Notes under the pieces: model-generated
Database searches by the model: none
What the model saw: the letters and a program-made list of their open reading frames with translations, nothing else
What the model was told of the DNA's origin: nothing
From: an uncultured virus (IMG/VR IMGVR_UViG_3300042453_001749)
Taxonomy: Duplodnaviria; Heunggongvirae; Uroviricota; Caudoviricetes
Strand: one strand, 5' to 3'
Virus record (IMG/VR): IMGVR_UViG_3300042453_001749
DNA length: 64,000 nucleotides
In this document: positions 48,533 through 58,065 of the stretch, piece by piece
Layout: every line of letters starts with the position of its first letter
Position numbering within the stretch: the stretch's first letter is position 1
Position numbers and translations under genes: made by a program

Positions 48533-49692
48533 AGATTGGAGTTATCGGAGCAGGAAGACTTGGTATTTGCTTTGCTCTTCTTGCAGAAAAATCTGGATAT
48601 GATGTTATCGTATCTGATTGTCGTGAGGATTATGTTATTTCCCTAAACAATCGAATCATCAATACCAACGAACCAGAAGTAGCGGATCTTTTAGATGATG
48701 CTAAAAACTTCGTAGCGACTATTGATAATATTGAGGTTGTAAAGCAATCCGATATCATCTACACTTTGGTAGCAACTCCTTCTGCTGCAGATGGATCTTA
48801 CGATGTAACTGCTGTTTGGAAAGTAGTTGAAGATATTCAAAAAGCATCTGAGTATGGTATTGATTTAAATGGAAAAGTTTTTGTAGTTGGATGCACTACA
48901 AATCCTGGAGATTGTGAAAAGTTTAAAGAAAAACTTTCTCCATATGGAGTAGACGTTTTTTATAACCCAGAATTTATTGCTCAGGGATCTATTATTCATG
49001 ATCTGAGATATGCTGATATGGTTCTTATTGGAGGGGAAGATCCTAATGTAAGATCTAAGATTGCTACGATTTATAGCAGAATTCAATGGATTGAAGCAAA
49101 TCCTTGTTTTATGTCTACTACTGCAGCAGAGATTGTAAAACTAGCACTTAATTGTTACCTTACAACTAAAATCAGTTACGCAAATATGGTCGGTGAAGTT
49201 TTAACTTTATCTGGTCTAGAAAACGAAATCGAACAGGTTTTAGATGCTATCGGATCTGATAGTAGAGTTGGTAAAAAATATATGAGATATGGATTTGGAT
49301 ATGGTGGTCCATGTCTACCTAGAGACAATCGTTCTTTTGCTGCATATGCTCAAAAGGTTGGATTGAAGTATAATCTTGGATCGGTTACTGATGCTTTTAA
49401 TGAGCAACATTCAAAATTCTTATTTGAATATTTTGCTTCAATTAATAATGAAGGTCTTCCTTATTACTTCCCACATGTTTCTTATAAGAAAGGAACGGAC
49501 ATCTTAACTGAAAGTCGCCAATATAAACTTTGTATCGATCTTTTAGATGCTGGATATAAAGTTTATATTGGTGATAACCAAACAATCCTTGATCAAATTC
49601 AGCAACCAATGCTAGAATACTATGGTGATAGAGTTGTTTTTGTCTCTGAGCAATCTGAAATTAAAGAAGATTTTATTCTGGTTGGGTTATGA
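48529..49692 (+). CDS. UDP-glucose/GDP-mannose 6-dehydrogenase
   Basis: GAGRLG, NPEF, AEIVKL, GYGGPCLPRD. Confidence 0.9.
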   Translation: MKIGVIGAGRLGICFALLAEKSGYDVIVSDCREDYVISLNNRIINTNEPEVADLLDDAKNFVATIDNIEVVKQSDIIYTLVATPSAADGSYDVTAVWKVVEDIQKASEYGIDLNGKVFVVGCTTNPGDCEKFKEKLSPYGVDVFYNPEFIAQGSIIHDLRYADMVLIGGEDPNVRSKIATIYSRIQWIEANPCFMSTTAAEIVKLALNCYLTTKISYANMVGEVLTLSGLENEIEQVLDAIGSDSRVGKKYMRYGFGYGGPCLPRDNRSFAAYAQKVGLKYNLGSVTDAFNEQHSKFLFEYFASINNEGLPYYFPHVSYKKGTDILTESRQYKLCIDLLDAGYKVYIGDNQTILDQIQQPMLEYYGDRVVFVSEQSEIKEDFILVGL

Positions 49693-50495
49693 ATGAATTA
49701 TTAGATAAAAATAAATCAGCATATAAGCTGAGGGGAATTGGTCCAATTTATTATCTTAATCTGGATGGTCAACCAGAGAGAGCTCAATATATGGAAGACC
49801 AATTTAAATATTGGGAAATTGAAAACTATACTCGTATCTCTGCGTATGATGGTAGACAAGATGACCTTAGTGATATTCTTACTGGTAGATATCCAGAAAT
49901 GATGACCTCTGGGGAAATTGGTTGCACGACATCACATCTTAAAGCAATCAAACATTGGATGGAAACATCTGATAGTCCATATGCAGTTATTATGGAAGAT
50001 GATTGTAATTTGGATTTGGTTAGATTTTGGAATTTTACTTGGTTAGATTTTTATTCTAGAATTCCATATGATTGGGATGTAGTTCAAACTGCTATTATTT
50101 GTACTGGTGATTTGCATGTGAAACTTCATAAAAGATTTGTAAATGATTTTTCTACAGCTTGTTATATTATCAACAGGCATCATGCAGAAAAGCTTCTTAA
50201 ATTTCATGTGAAGGGAGAAGACAAATATCGATTGGATAATGGTGTTAAACCACGTCCTGTTGCTGATGACTTAATTTATAATTCGGGAAATACTTACTCC
50301 ATTCCACTCTTCTTATACAAGATTCAATTGGGATCATCTATTCATCCAGAACACGTTGATATTTTTCATCGTCAAAGTCATGATGGACTTAAAAACTTTT
50401 GGGAACAGACTGGGGCTCAGTTAACCATTGCGGACTTAATGGAATATGATCCGTATCTAGGGAGAATCACAGAACCATCTCAACCAAAAGCTTGA
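49689..50495 (+). CDS. GT25 family glycosyltransferase
   Basis: YYLNLD..PER, GEIGCTTSH, IMEDD. Confidence 0.85.
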   Translation: MNELLDKNKSAYKLRGIGPIYYLNLDGQPERAQYMEDQFKYWEIENYTRISAYDGRQDDLSDILTGRYPEMMTSGEIGCTTSHLKAIKHWMETSDSPYAVIMEDDCNLDLVRFWNFTWLDFYSRIPYDWDVVQTAIICTGDLHVKLHKRFVNDFSTACYIINRHHAEKLLKFHVKGEDKYRLDNGVKPRPVADDLIYNSGNTYSIPLFLYKIQLGSSIHPEHVDIFHRQSHDGLKNFWEQTGAQLTIADLMEYDPYLGRITEPSQPKA

Positions 50496-50566
50496 CGAAT
50501 TGTAAAAAAAATGTTAAAGTAAATTCATTGAATAACCATGCCGCAACTATTTGCATGGTTATTCGA
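50492..50566 (+). promoter_or_regulatory. Promoter plus 5'-UTR hairpin of the porin gene
   Basis: TTGACG-N17-TAAAGT; perfect 12-bp stem GAATAACCATGC/GCATGGTTATTC. Confidence 0.6.
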
Positions 50567-50594
50567 TATGTCGTTTAGTACTAAAAACAACTTT

Positions 50595-52043
50595 ATGAAA
50601 CTCAAACAACTGATGCTTGCACCTGTTGCTCTGGGAATGGTTGCTCCTGTTGCTGCGAATGCCGCAGACCTTAATATGGCGGCAGTCAATCAATATGCTA
50701 CAGCAGAACAAGTCTCAAGTATCAATCAACTGTCTGATGTTCAACCTACCGATTGGGCATATCAGGCACTCAGCAACCTCGTTGAGCGTTATGGTTGCGT
50801 TGCTGGTTATCCTAACGGGACCTATGGTGGTGGTCGTTCGATGAGTCGTTACGAAGCCGCTGCTCTTCTGAACGCTTGTCTGGATCGTGTAACGGAAGTT
50901 ACCGATGAACTTCAGCGTCTTATTGCTGAATTCAAAACTGAACTTGGTGTTCTTAAGGGTCGTGTAAATGGCCTTGAAGCAAAAGTTGGTGAACTTGAGG
51001 CAACTCAATTCTCCACTACTACCAAACTCAAGGGTGAAGCAATCTTTGCTTTGGGTGGAGTTCCTGGTCTTGAAACGAATGATGGTGGAAACGTTGGAAA
51101 CACCGCATTCAACTATGATCTCCGTCTGAACTTTGATACTTCATTCACTGGTAAGGATCTGCTCCGCACTCGTCTTCGTGCTGGTAACTTCAATGATAAT
51201 CCTTTCGGTTCTTCTTCATCACTCTTCAAACTTGATAAGGCAGAAACCACTGCTAATAGTGTAGAGATTGATCGCCTGTATTATCAGTTCCCTGTTGCTC
51301 AGAATGTAACTCTGACTGCTGGACCTCTGGTTCGTAACACTGAGATGTCTTGGGTTCCTACCGCTTATCGTTCGGAAATTCTTGACTTCTTCACCACTGC
51401 TGGTGCTCCTGGTGTCTATAACAAGGCAACTGGTGCTGGTTTCGGTGCTCAGTATGTTGGTAAAACTGGATTCGTTGCTGGTCTGAACTACGTTGCTCAA
51501 AACGGTAGCGATAGTGAGACTGGTGTATTCAATGCCGATGGTGCTCTAAACCTGCTTGCTCAAGTTGGTTACAAGGCATCTAACTGGGGTGTTGGTGTTG
51601 GTTATCGTTATGGTACTGAGGGCACCCGTCCTCGTTCCTTCAACGGTCCTCTTGGGTTCAATGGAACTCTTGCTACTGGTCAAGAATCAAATAGCGTTGC
51701 TGTAAATGGTTACTGGCAACCTACTGAGTCTGGTTTTGTTCCTTCAATCAGTGCTGGTTACGGTTACAATGCCGTAAGTGGCGGTGATGATTACAACACC
51801 GATTCTTGGTTCGTCGGTCTTCAGTGGAGCGATGTGTTCGCCAAGGGCAACTCTGCTGGAGTTGCTTATGGTGCAGCACCTACCACTGACGTAGAAGACG
51901 CTCAACTTCTGGAAATCTTCTACAAGTTCCAAGTGTCTGATAACATCAGCATCACTCCTGCTCTCTTCTATGTGACGAACAATCAAAGGTTCGATGACTC
52001 CTCCAAGTGGGGCGGCGTCGTTCAGACTAAGTTCACCTTCTGA
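50595..52043 (+). CDS. som: Cyanobacterial SomA/SomB-type outer-membrane porin with SLH domain
   Basis: Signal peptide, SDVQPTDWAYQAL..LVERYGC, FSTTTKL.GE, LNFDTSFTGKD.L, C-terminal F. Confidence 0.92.
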   Translation: MKLKQLMLAPVALGMVAPVAANAADLNMAAVNQYATAEQVSSINQLSDVQPTDWAYQALSNLVERYGCVAGYPNGTYGGGRSMSRYEAAALLNACLDRVTEVTDELQRLIAEFKTELGVLKGRVNGLEAKVGELEATQFSTTTKLKGEAIFALGGVPGLETNDGGNVGNTAFNYDLRLNFDTSFTGKDLLRTRLRAGNFNDNPFGSSSSLFKLDKAETTANSVEIDRLYYQFPVAQNVTLTAGPLVRNTEMSWVPTAYRSEILDFFTTAGAPGVYNKATGAGFGAQYVGKTGFVAGLNYVAQNGSDSETGVFNADGALNLLAQVGYKASNWGVGVGYRYGTEGTRPRSFNGPLGFNGTLATGQESNSVAVNGYWQPTESGFVPSISAGYGYNAVSGGDDYNTDSWFVGLQWSDVFAKGNSAGVAYGAAPTTDVEDAQLLEIFYKFQVSDNISITPALFYVTNNQRFDDSSKWGGVVQTKFTF

Positions 52044-52065
52044 TAATCACTCACATAATGAGTGG

Positions 52066-52091
52066 AACCACCCCCAAAAGGGGTGGTTTTT
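52066..52091 (+). terminator. Intrinsic terminator
   Basis: AACCACCCC-CAAAA-GGGGTGGTT plus T-run. Confidence 0.75.
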
Positions 52092-52137
52092 ATTTTCATT
52101 TCCTAACAAAATAAGTATAAATGCTTACCAAAGGTAC

Positions 52138-52186
52138 TTGACTCTTTTTTATTTTTCCTATATAATTGTGTAACAATTCGTAATAA
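52138..52186 (+). promoter_or_regulatory. Sigma70 promoter of hli with an HLR1-like repeat
   Basis: TTGACT-N17-TATAAT; minus strand ATTACGAA-TT-GTTACACA. Confidence 0.6.
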
Positions 52187-52193
52187 AACGAAA

Positions 52194-52403
52194 ATGACTG
52201 TAACAACTAATGAGCGCGGACAAATGAACATGTTCGCTAAAGAACCTACAATGTGGATGTCGAAAGAAGACATCGAACGTTATGGGTTTGAACCTTATGC
52301 AGTAAAAGCGGAGAAAGCAAATGGACGTTGGGCTATGGTCGGCATTGTTGCTGGTTTCCTTTCTTATGCTATCACAGGTAAATTCTTCTTTGGATTGATT
52401 TGA
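52194..52403 (+). CDS. hli: High-light inducible protein
   Basis: AEKANGRWAMVG...TG. Confidence 0.92.
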   Translation: MTVTTNERGQMNMFAKEPTMWMSKEDIERYGFEPYAVKAEKANGRWAMVGIVAGFLSYAITGKFFFGLI

Positions 52404-52619
52404 TATTGGAGTTGATTTTCTACGCATTTAGTGATAAATTATTTTAAAGATCTTTTCGATTTAATCGTAAATGCTAGATTCAAATAAAAAACCAGAAATT
52501 TGGGCAGAGATTAAATTTGTTCCTGCTGACCCAAATCAAAAACCAGCCTTTCTTTCGACTAAAAAAACAAAACGTCAAAAAATTATTCAAAAATTAAAAG
52601 AAATTTGGAGGATTCTAAA

Positions 52620-52727
52620 ATGAACGAACGCGCAGAACGTATTAATGGTTGGGCAGCAATGATCGGTATTGTTGCCGCTATGGGCAGTTATGCTTTTACT
52701 GGTCAAATCATTCCAGGTATTTGGTGA
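52620..52727 (+). CDS. hli: High-light inducible protein (35 aa, not in ORF track)
   Basis: MNERAERINGWAAMIGIVAAMGSYAFTGQIIPGIW; SD GGAGG. Confidence 0.92.
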   Translation: MNERAERINGWAAMIGIVAAMGSYAFTGQIIPGIW

Positions 52728-52813
52728 TGATCGAATTACTTTGGACAGTAACAGCTGTTGCCTTTTTAACACTTTTAGGTTATAGTGTAGAGAAAGTATT
52801 AGAAACGTATTGA
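52727..52813 (+). CDS. Single-TM micro-protein (28 aa)
   Basis: TGATG coupling to hli; MIELLWTVTAVAFLTLLGYSVEKVLETY. Confidence 0.5.
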   Translation: MIELLWTVTAVAFLTLLGYSVEKVLETY

Positions 52814-52818
52814 AAATT

Positions 52819-53325
52819 ATGCTTATTCCTTCAGTTGATTTAATGTTCCGTGAGAGCGGAAAGTTTGTTGCTCGCAGCACAGAAGAACTTTTTACTGGAA
52901 AGCGAGTAGTTATTTTTTCACTTCCTGGAGCATTTACCCCTACTTGCAGTTCATATCAATTACCTGGGTATGAAGAAAAGTTTGTTGAATTCATTCAGCA
53001 AGGAATTGATGACGTATATTGTATTTCTATGAACGATGCATTCGTTATGAATGCATGGGCAAAATCTCTAGGAGTTTCAAAAGTCAAACTTCTTCCTGAT
53101 GGTAATGGAGAATTTACCAAAGGTATGGATATGCTTGTAAAGAAATTTAATCTAGGATTTGCTTACCGTTCGTGGCGATATGCTGCTGTTATTGATAATT
53201 GTTTGATTGAGAAACTGTTCATCGAGTCTGGTAAATGTGATAATGCAGAAGATGATCCTTATGAGGAAACCACACCAGAAAAAGTTTTGGGATACCTAAA
53301 AAGTAAATCCTGTGTAAATTGCTGA
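52819..53325 (+). CDS. Type II peroxiredoxin (Prx5-like)
   Basis: SLPGAFTPTCS, NDAFVM.AW, PDGNGEFT, RSWRY. Confidence 0.92.
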   Translation: MLIPSVDLMFRESGKFVARSTEELFTGKRVVIFSLPGAFTPTCSSYQLPGYEEKFVEFIQQGIDDVYCISMNDAFVMNAWAKSLGVSKVKLLPDGNGEFTKGMDMLVKKFNLGFAYRSWRYAAVIDNCLIEKLFIESGKCDNAEDDPYEETTPEKVLGYLKSKSCVNC

Positions 53326-53340
53326 AAATATAATCTTTGT

Positions 53341-53372
53341 AAGCACCTTAATAGGTGCTTTTTTTATAAATA
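53341..53372 (+). terminator. Terminator plus late promoter for the lysis cassette
   Basis: AAGCACCT-TAAT-AGGTGCTT plus T-run; TATAAATA 53365-72. Confidence 0.7.
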
Positions 53373-53396
53373 CCTCAGTGTTTATAGAAAAACGAG

Positions 53397-54068
53397 ATGA
53401 CGTTAGATCTTCATAACTTTTTCAAATATTATGATGATGGTAACGCGAATCACGTAGCAGCAGTTCAATGGTTAGAAGATAACCTTCCTGCTGAGTTTAT
53501 GGACGATTCAGAAACCGAGTGGATTGGTATTTTTAGAACAAAACCTCCAACTCCAGCAGTTCTTAACGTTCCATACTTCAATCAAGTAGATAACTATCGA
53601 GATGCACATAGAACTTGTAACAGTTCATCGTGCGCTATGTGCCTTGCTTTCCTCAAGCCAGGAAGCATCAAAGGCGACGATGAATACGTTAAGAAAGTAT
53701 TTGCGATTGGCGACACTACTGACCATGCGGTACAGACGAAAGTTCTCGCAGGTTATGGAGTTAAGTCTCACTTTAGCTATAATCTTTCTTTTGCTGATAT
53801 TGATAAGAGTCTTGATGCTGGGAAACCTGTTGTTATTGGTATCTTGCATCGCGGTTCTTTATCTGCTCCTACTGGTGGTCACATGTGTGTAGTGATTGGT
53901 AAGACTCCAGATGGAAAGGGATATTTCGTTAATGATCCTTATGGTTCTTTGAATGATAATTACACTGGTCCCGTAACAAATGGTAAGAAGACCATTTATA
54001 CAAAGGCAGTCCTGAAGCATCGTTGGTGTCCAGGAGGTAATGATGGGTGGGGAAGGATCTTCGACTGA
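53397..54068 (+). CDS. C39-like cysteine peptidase (putative endolysin)
   Basis: VPYFNQ.DN...TCNSSSCAM...GGHM...NDPYG. Confidence 0.82.
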   Translation: MTLDLHNFFKYYDDGNANHVAAVQWLEDNLPAEFMDDSETEWIGIFRTKPPTPAVLNVPYFNQVDNYRDAHRTCNSSSCAMCLAFLKPGSIKGDDEYVKKVFAIGDTTDHAVQTKVLAGYGVKSHFSYNLSFADIDKSLDAGKPVVIGILHRGSLSAPTGGHMCVVIGKTPDGKGYFVNDPYGSLNDNYTGPVTNGKKTIYTKAVLKHRWCPGGNDGWGRIFD

Positions 54069-54189
54069 GTTTAAAAAGAAAATTCTGGAAGAAGTGAAGA
54101 AACTCACAAATCAAGGAAAACACAAAGAAGCAAACGAATTATTTGAAATTTACTTTCCAAATATAGGAGGAACAAATGGCAAGAATTGA
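54040..54189 (+). CDS. Small hypothetical protein (49 aa)
   Basis: SD AGGAGG; ...EFKKKILEEVKKLTNQGKHKEA. Confidence 0.45.
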   Translation: MMGGEGSSTEFKKKILEEVKKLTNQGKHKEANELFEIYFPNIGGTNGKN

Positions 54190-54847
54190 TCTACACAACT
54201 TTTTCAAGTTCTATGATGAGAAGAATCCTAATCACGTTAAAGCCGTACAGTGGTTAGAAGATAACTTACCAGTTAAGTATCTAGAAGATAACGTAGATTG
54301 GGCGGAGATTTTTAGAGGAAAAAAGGGTAATGCTGCACCAGCCCCTGCTGCTGCAGCTCCTGCTTCTGTAGTTGGTGGTGATGATGTTCCACAAATGGGC
54401 ATCAAATTAGTTAAAGAATTTGAAGGATGCAGATTGAATGCCTATCCAGATCCTCTTTCTGGTGGACTTCCAATCACTATTGGTTGGGGTTCTACTAGAA
54501 ATAAGAATGGGCAACCATTCAAGATGGGAGACAAAATTACTCAAGCAGAAGCAGATGAGCTACTGATTGAAGAAGCGAAGCATCACTTTCTCCCAGCACT
54601 TCGTAAGATTCCACATTGGAATGAAATGAGTGATGGTAAAAGAGGAGCTTTGCTCAGCTTTGCTTATAATCTCGGCGCTGGTTTTTACGGTGGTGATAAT
54701 TTTAATACTATAACTAGAGTACTGAAGAATAAAGAGTGGGACAAAGTTCCCGATGCGCTCTATCTCTACAGAAATCCTGGTTCAAATGTAGAAGCAGGTT
54801 TAGCACGTAGAAGAAAGGCGGAAGGTGAAGCTTGGAAAAAAGGTTAA
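54176..54847 (+). CDS. GH24 lysozyme (endolysin)
   Basis: KEFEG.RL.AY.D...TIGWG, SFAYNLG, GLARRRKAE. Confidence 0.9.
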   Translation: MARIDLHNFFKFYDEKNPNHVKAVQWLEDNLPVKYLEDNVDWAEIFRGKKGNAAPAPAAAAPASVVGGDDVPQMGIKLVKEFEGCRLNAYPDPLSGGLPITIGWGSTRNKNGQPFKMGDKITQAEADELLIEEAKHHFLPALRKIPHWNEMSDGKRGALLSFAYNLGAGFYGGDNFNTITRVLKNKEWDKVPDALYLYRNPGSNVEAGLARRRKAEGEAWKKG

Positions 54848-54868
54848 CCTCACTCTCAATCAAGGACA

Positions 54869-55237
54869 ATGGCTGAACCACAACAGAAAAAGGAAAGATG
54901 TATGAGCACTATCGTTAGAATTACTGTTTTGAGTTGGAGTGCTGCTCTACTCACAGCATCATATGCGGGTCTACTTGCTAAAATGGATCCAACCTTTATT
55001 GCTACAGTGTTTACTGCAGCAGCTGCTACCTTTGGAGTTGATACTCTAAAAAAAGGAGACGATAAGGATGGAGATCAACCAAATAGACAACCTGGGATCA
55101 CCTCAGTTGAACCAACTCCAGAACCAGAACCTCCAGCAGAACTCGTTGCCGATGCTTCAGCAACCACAGGTTGCCCAAACTGCGATCCAGGGGATTCCCC
55201 AGACTACAGTAGAGCGTCTGCCCGCCCCGAAGCTTGA
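54869..55237 (+). CDS. Two-TM membrane protein (holin candidate)
   Basis: Two hydrophobic helices directly after the endolysin. Confidence 0.55.
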   Translation: MAEPQQKKERCMSTIVRITVLSWSAALLTASYAGLLAKMDPTFIATVFTAAAATFGVDTLKKGDDKDGDQPNRQPGITSVEPTPEPEPPAELVADASATTGCPNCDPGDSPDYSRASARPEA

Positions 55238-55961
55238 AGTTCCAGTAACACAAGGTCTAGGACTTCCTATTATAGACTTTCCTAGACCTTCTATAAAATA
55301 TCCTGTGATCAATGTTCCAACACAGGAAGAGTTTGATGCAGCTGTAAAAGCAGATCAGAAAAAACAAGAGGAACAGGCAGATAAGAACAGGAGTTTACCT
55401 AATAGTACTCCCCCACCTCAAGTGCCTCAAGTTTTTCAAACTCCCCCCACTCAAGCGCCTATTGCTGAAATACCAGCAGATAAACCTCAACCAACCTTTA
55501 CAGTTCTTGGTGCAGATATTAATCTACCTGATCCTTCTCTTGTTGCTACGGCTGGTGCTGTCGCAGTAGTAACTACTGCCGCTACGATAGCGTCTACAAC
55601 TGTTCTTAATGCATTAAAGAACGCAGCAGAACCAATCATTAAAGAAGCAACTAAAAATAAATTTAAAATCAAAATCAAACAAGTTAAACCTGTTTTACAC
55701 TATGTCTTAGCAGAAGAAGGGCACGTTGATATTTTTGAATATTCTGAAAATGGGACAAAACTTGTAGAACAAGTTACTAATGTAGAGCAATATATTCGGG
55801 ATCAAGTTGAGATTAATGCTCTTTACGAAATAGACAATAAGATTATTATTGATGATATTATCAAAGATAAGTTTACAAAAGAGGGCAAAGAAAGATTTAA
55901 ATCTCTCTTTGCCCCCGCTAAAAAAATTGCTAAAAAATTGTCTGCTAAATTATCTATCTGA
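55068..55961 (+). CDS. Pro-rich hypothetical protein with a hydrophobic segment
   Basis: 297 aa; LVATAGAVAVVTTAATI. Confidence 0.6.
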   Translation: MEINQIDNLGSPQLNQLQNQNLQQNSLPMLQQPQVAQTAIQGIPQTTVERLPAPKLEVPVTQGLGLPIIDFPRPSIKYPVINVPTQEEFDAAVKADQKKQEEQADKNRSLPNSTPPPQVPQVFQTPPTQAPIAEIPADKPQPTFTVLGADINLPDPSLVATAGAVAVVTTAATIASTTVLNALKNAAEPIIKEATKNKFKIKIKQVKPVLHYVLAEEGHVDIFEYSENGTKLVEQVTNVEQYIRDQVEINALYEIDNKIIIDDIIKDKFTKEGKERFKSLFAPAKKIAKKLSAKLSI

Positions 55962-56083
55962 TGTGAATTGTGTAATAATCCACCCAATTACTAAGACTGG
56001 TAATTGAATTGAAACGTTGTAAAGAATTTCAAGAAAGATATTATCTTTCTCTTCCTTACGCTTTTCTTTTACTGGTGCAGCAG

Positions 56084-56518
56084 TCATTTTTGCCTCCTAG
56101 ATTCCAATAAAGCAAAGTCCTTTTTCTTTGTACCACCATCATATTCCCAAGCATAACCTTCATCAATCATTTGTTGATTGATGGATTTCTTTTTATTCAC
56201 TGCTGATACTTCTTTGTCCCCAATAAAAAGATGTCCCAGAATTCTTCCGTATTTTTCGGTCGAATCTGGGAGTTCTGTTTTTACAATAATATCAGTCTGA
56301 CCTTCTAATTTCTTTTTAAGCCACTCTTTAACTTCAAGACCAAGTTTCTTTTCATACGCATTAGTTGTTCTGCTCTCTGGGGTATCGACACCAGCAAGAC
56401 GAATTCGCTTAGTAAGGGAGATATCAAAACCCAAATCAATATCAGCGTCAATAGTGTCGCCATCTACTACCTTATGAACTGAACGTATTCTATAGATGTA
56501 TGGATCTTTGTCTGACAT
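56084..56518 (-). CDS. Thermonuclease (SNase-like) family protein
   Basis: VVDGDTID...RIRLAGVDTPE...KYGRILG. Confidence 0.88.
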   Translation of the reverse strand: MSDKDPYIYRIRSVHKVVDGDTIDADIDLGFDISLTKRIRLAGVDTPESRTTNAYEKKLGLEVKEWLKKKLEGQTDIIVKTELPDSTEKYGRILGHLFIGDKEVSAVNKKKSINQQMIDEGYAWEYDGGTKKKDFALLESRRQK

Positions 56519-56521
56519 TCT

Positions 56522-56731
56522 TCAGAATAGTTTAAACTTCTCAGTATTTAGTTTAGGAATAGGTAGTTTTTCAAATGCTTTATTAACTTGTTTTTCAACA
56601 ACAGCACCAACAAACTCTTCTGGATTATTCAGAATATTCTGTGCCTTTTGATAAGTCACATAAGCACCATAACAAAGTGCTCCACTAATCGCTAGACTTG
56701 TTGCTGATAGAATGAGTGCTAGGTTCTTCAT
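56522..56731 (-). CDS. Small membrane protein
   Basis: N-terminal TM helix. Confidence 0.55.
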   Translation of the reverse strand: MKNLALILSATSLAISGALCYGAYVTYQKAQNILNNPEEFVGAVVEKQVNKAFEKLPIPKLNTEKFKLF

Positions 56732-56936
56732 CTTGCATCTCCATATATGCTAATCTTAATATGTAGTAAATGATGTATCCTGTGAACGCAAGTCCGCAAG
56801 ATAATATTATAACAACTCCCCAGGGAAAATCATTTATGGACATACCAAATACCCACAATAGGAAAAATTACTAAACAAAAACAAAGTATCCCTAAAGTTA
56901 TTGGATTGTTTAATATCCAAACAACAGCATGAGACA

Positions 56937-57683
56937 TTAGTATTTACCCTCCACACAATACTCTGATTTTTGATTTGGAGTATATTCTTTGTAACCTTCT
57001 TGTGGTTTCATCCATCCGCAACCGATTAACCATTCCATCGTCATTGGTGTTGGACGAATCTGTTCCCACAATGGACCTTTCGCACACATTTCTAACTTCT
57101 GTGCGGTTACATTTGACTGCTCTTCTGCCCAGTTAGCATCTGCCTCCCAAGGAACTGCACGACTTTGCATCATTGATTCATATGCAAGTCTCGTGCTCTT
57201 CATTACCCAAGATGGAATCTCAGAATCTTGATGAACCTGAGCCATAAAAGATGTTTCAATTCCACCACCCATACAGTCTTGGACGACATGCCAACCCTCA
57301 TGTCTCATTGTTCCCAGAAATTCTCTAGGATCTTTTAAAAGATTTTCATTAACAAAGAAACGATTATACTTTGGTTTGTAAAGTCCGACTGTTCTTGGAG
57401 TAAAGTATCTACTCTGCCCAACATATACAGGGACGTTAACTTTATTCAAAGCAGTTAAAATACTTTTAATTTCTTCTCTGAATGGATCAAAAGATGCGCT
57501 TTTAAGTATATCAGACTCTGGTGTAAGTTGTTCAACCCCTTCTGTACATTCTCTGAGTATCATACAACCCATCGCTGCTACGCTATATGCGGGAACAGTT
57601 GGTTGAGTCTTTTCTAATTTATTTGCATTAACTGGAAATGAAAAGGTTAATGATAACCCGATTGCTGTGAGGATCTTTTTCAT
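56937..57683 (-). CDS. Secreted zincin-like hypothetical protein
   Basis: Signal peptide; RHEGWHVVQDC...E. Confidence 0.65.
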   Translation of the reverse strand: MKKILTAIGLSLTFSFPVNANKLEKTQPTVPAYSVAAMGCMILRECTEGVEQLTPESDILKSASFDPFREEIKSILTALNKVNVPVYVGQSRYFTPRTVGLYKPKYNRFFVNENLLKDPREFLGTMRHEGWHVVQDCMGGGIETSFMAQVHQDSEIPSWVMKSTRLAYESMMQSRAVPWEADANWAEEQSNVTAQKLEMCAKGPLWEQIRPTPMTMEWLIGCGWMKPQEGYKEYTPNQKSEYCVEGKY

Positions 57684-57880
57684 TCATCCCACCATCCTTC
57701 TTGTTTATGAATCCAGACTTTCAAATCTTTTACATACTTTCTCAAGATCTGGGCCTGTTCTTCATGCCAATAGTCACCCGTCTCCATCCAAAGACGAGTG
57801 TGATTGTCTATAGCTTTGAGAATCTGATGGATTGGAGCATTCCAACACTCCCTCTTTGGAGTGTTCCATTCTCTTGGCAC
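57680..57880 (-). CDS. Conserved hypothetical protein
   Basis: WNAPIHQILKAIDNH. Confidence 0.6.
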   Translation of the reverse strand: MPREWNTPKRECWNAPIHQILKAIDNHTRLWMETGDYWHEEQAQILRKYVKDLKVWIHKQEGWWDE

Positions 57881-58065
57881 GGTACTACTAGTGAGTGTAT
57901 TTCGTTATATCTAAAATATTCTAAAGTGCATTGACCAGGATTTGTTTCAATGTAACCAACTATCATAAAAGCGATGAACTCCATCACTTCTTCTTACCAC
58001 CATTCTTTGCTTTTTTCGCTGTAGCATTACCAGAATTCTGCTTGGCGTTAGCAGACTTACTTTTT

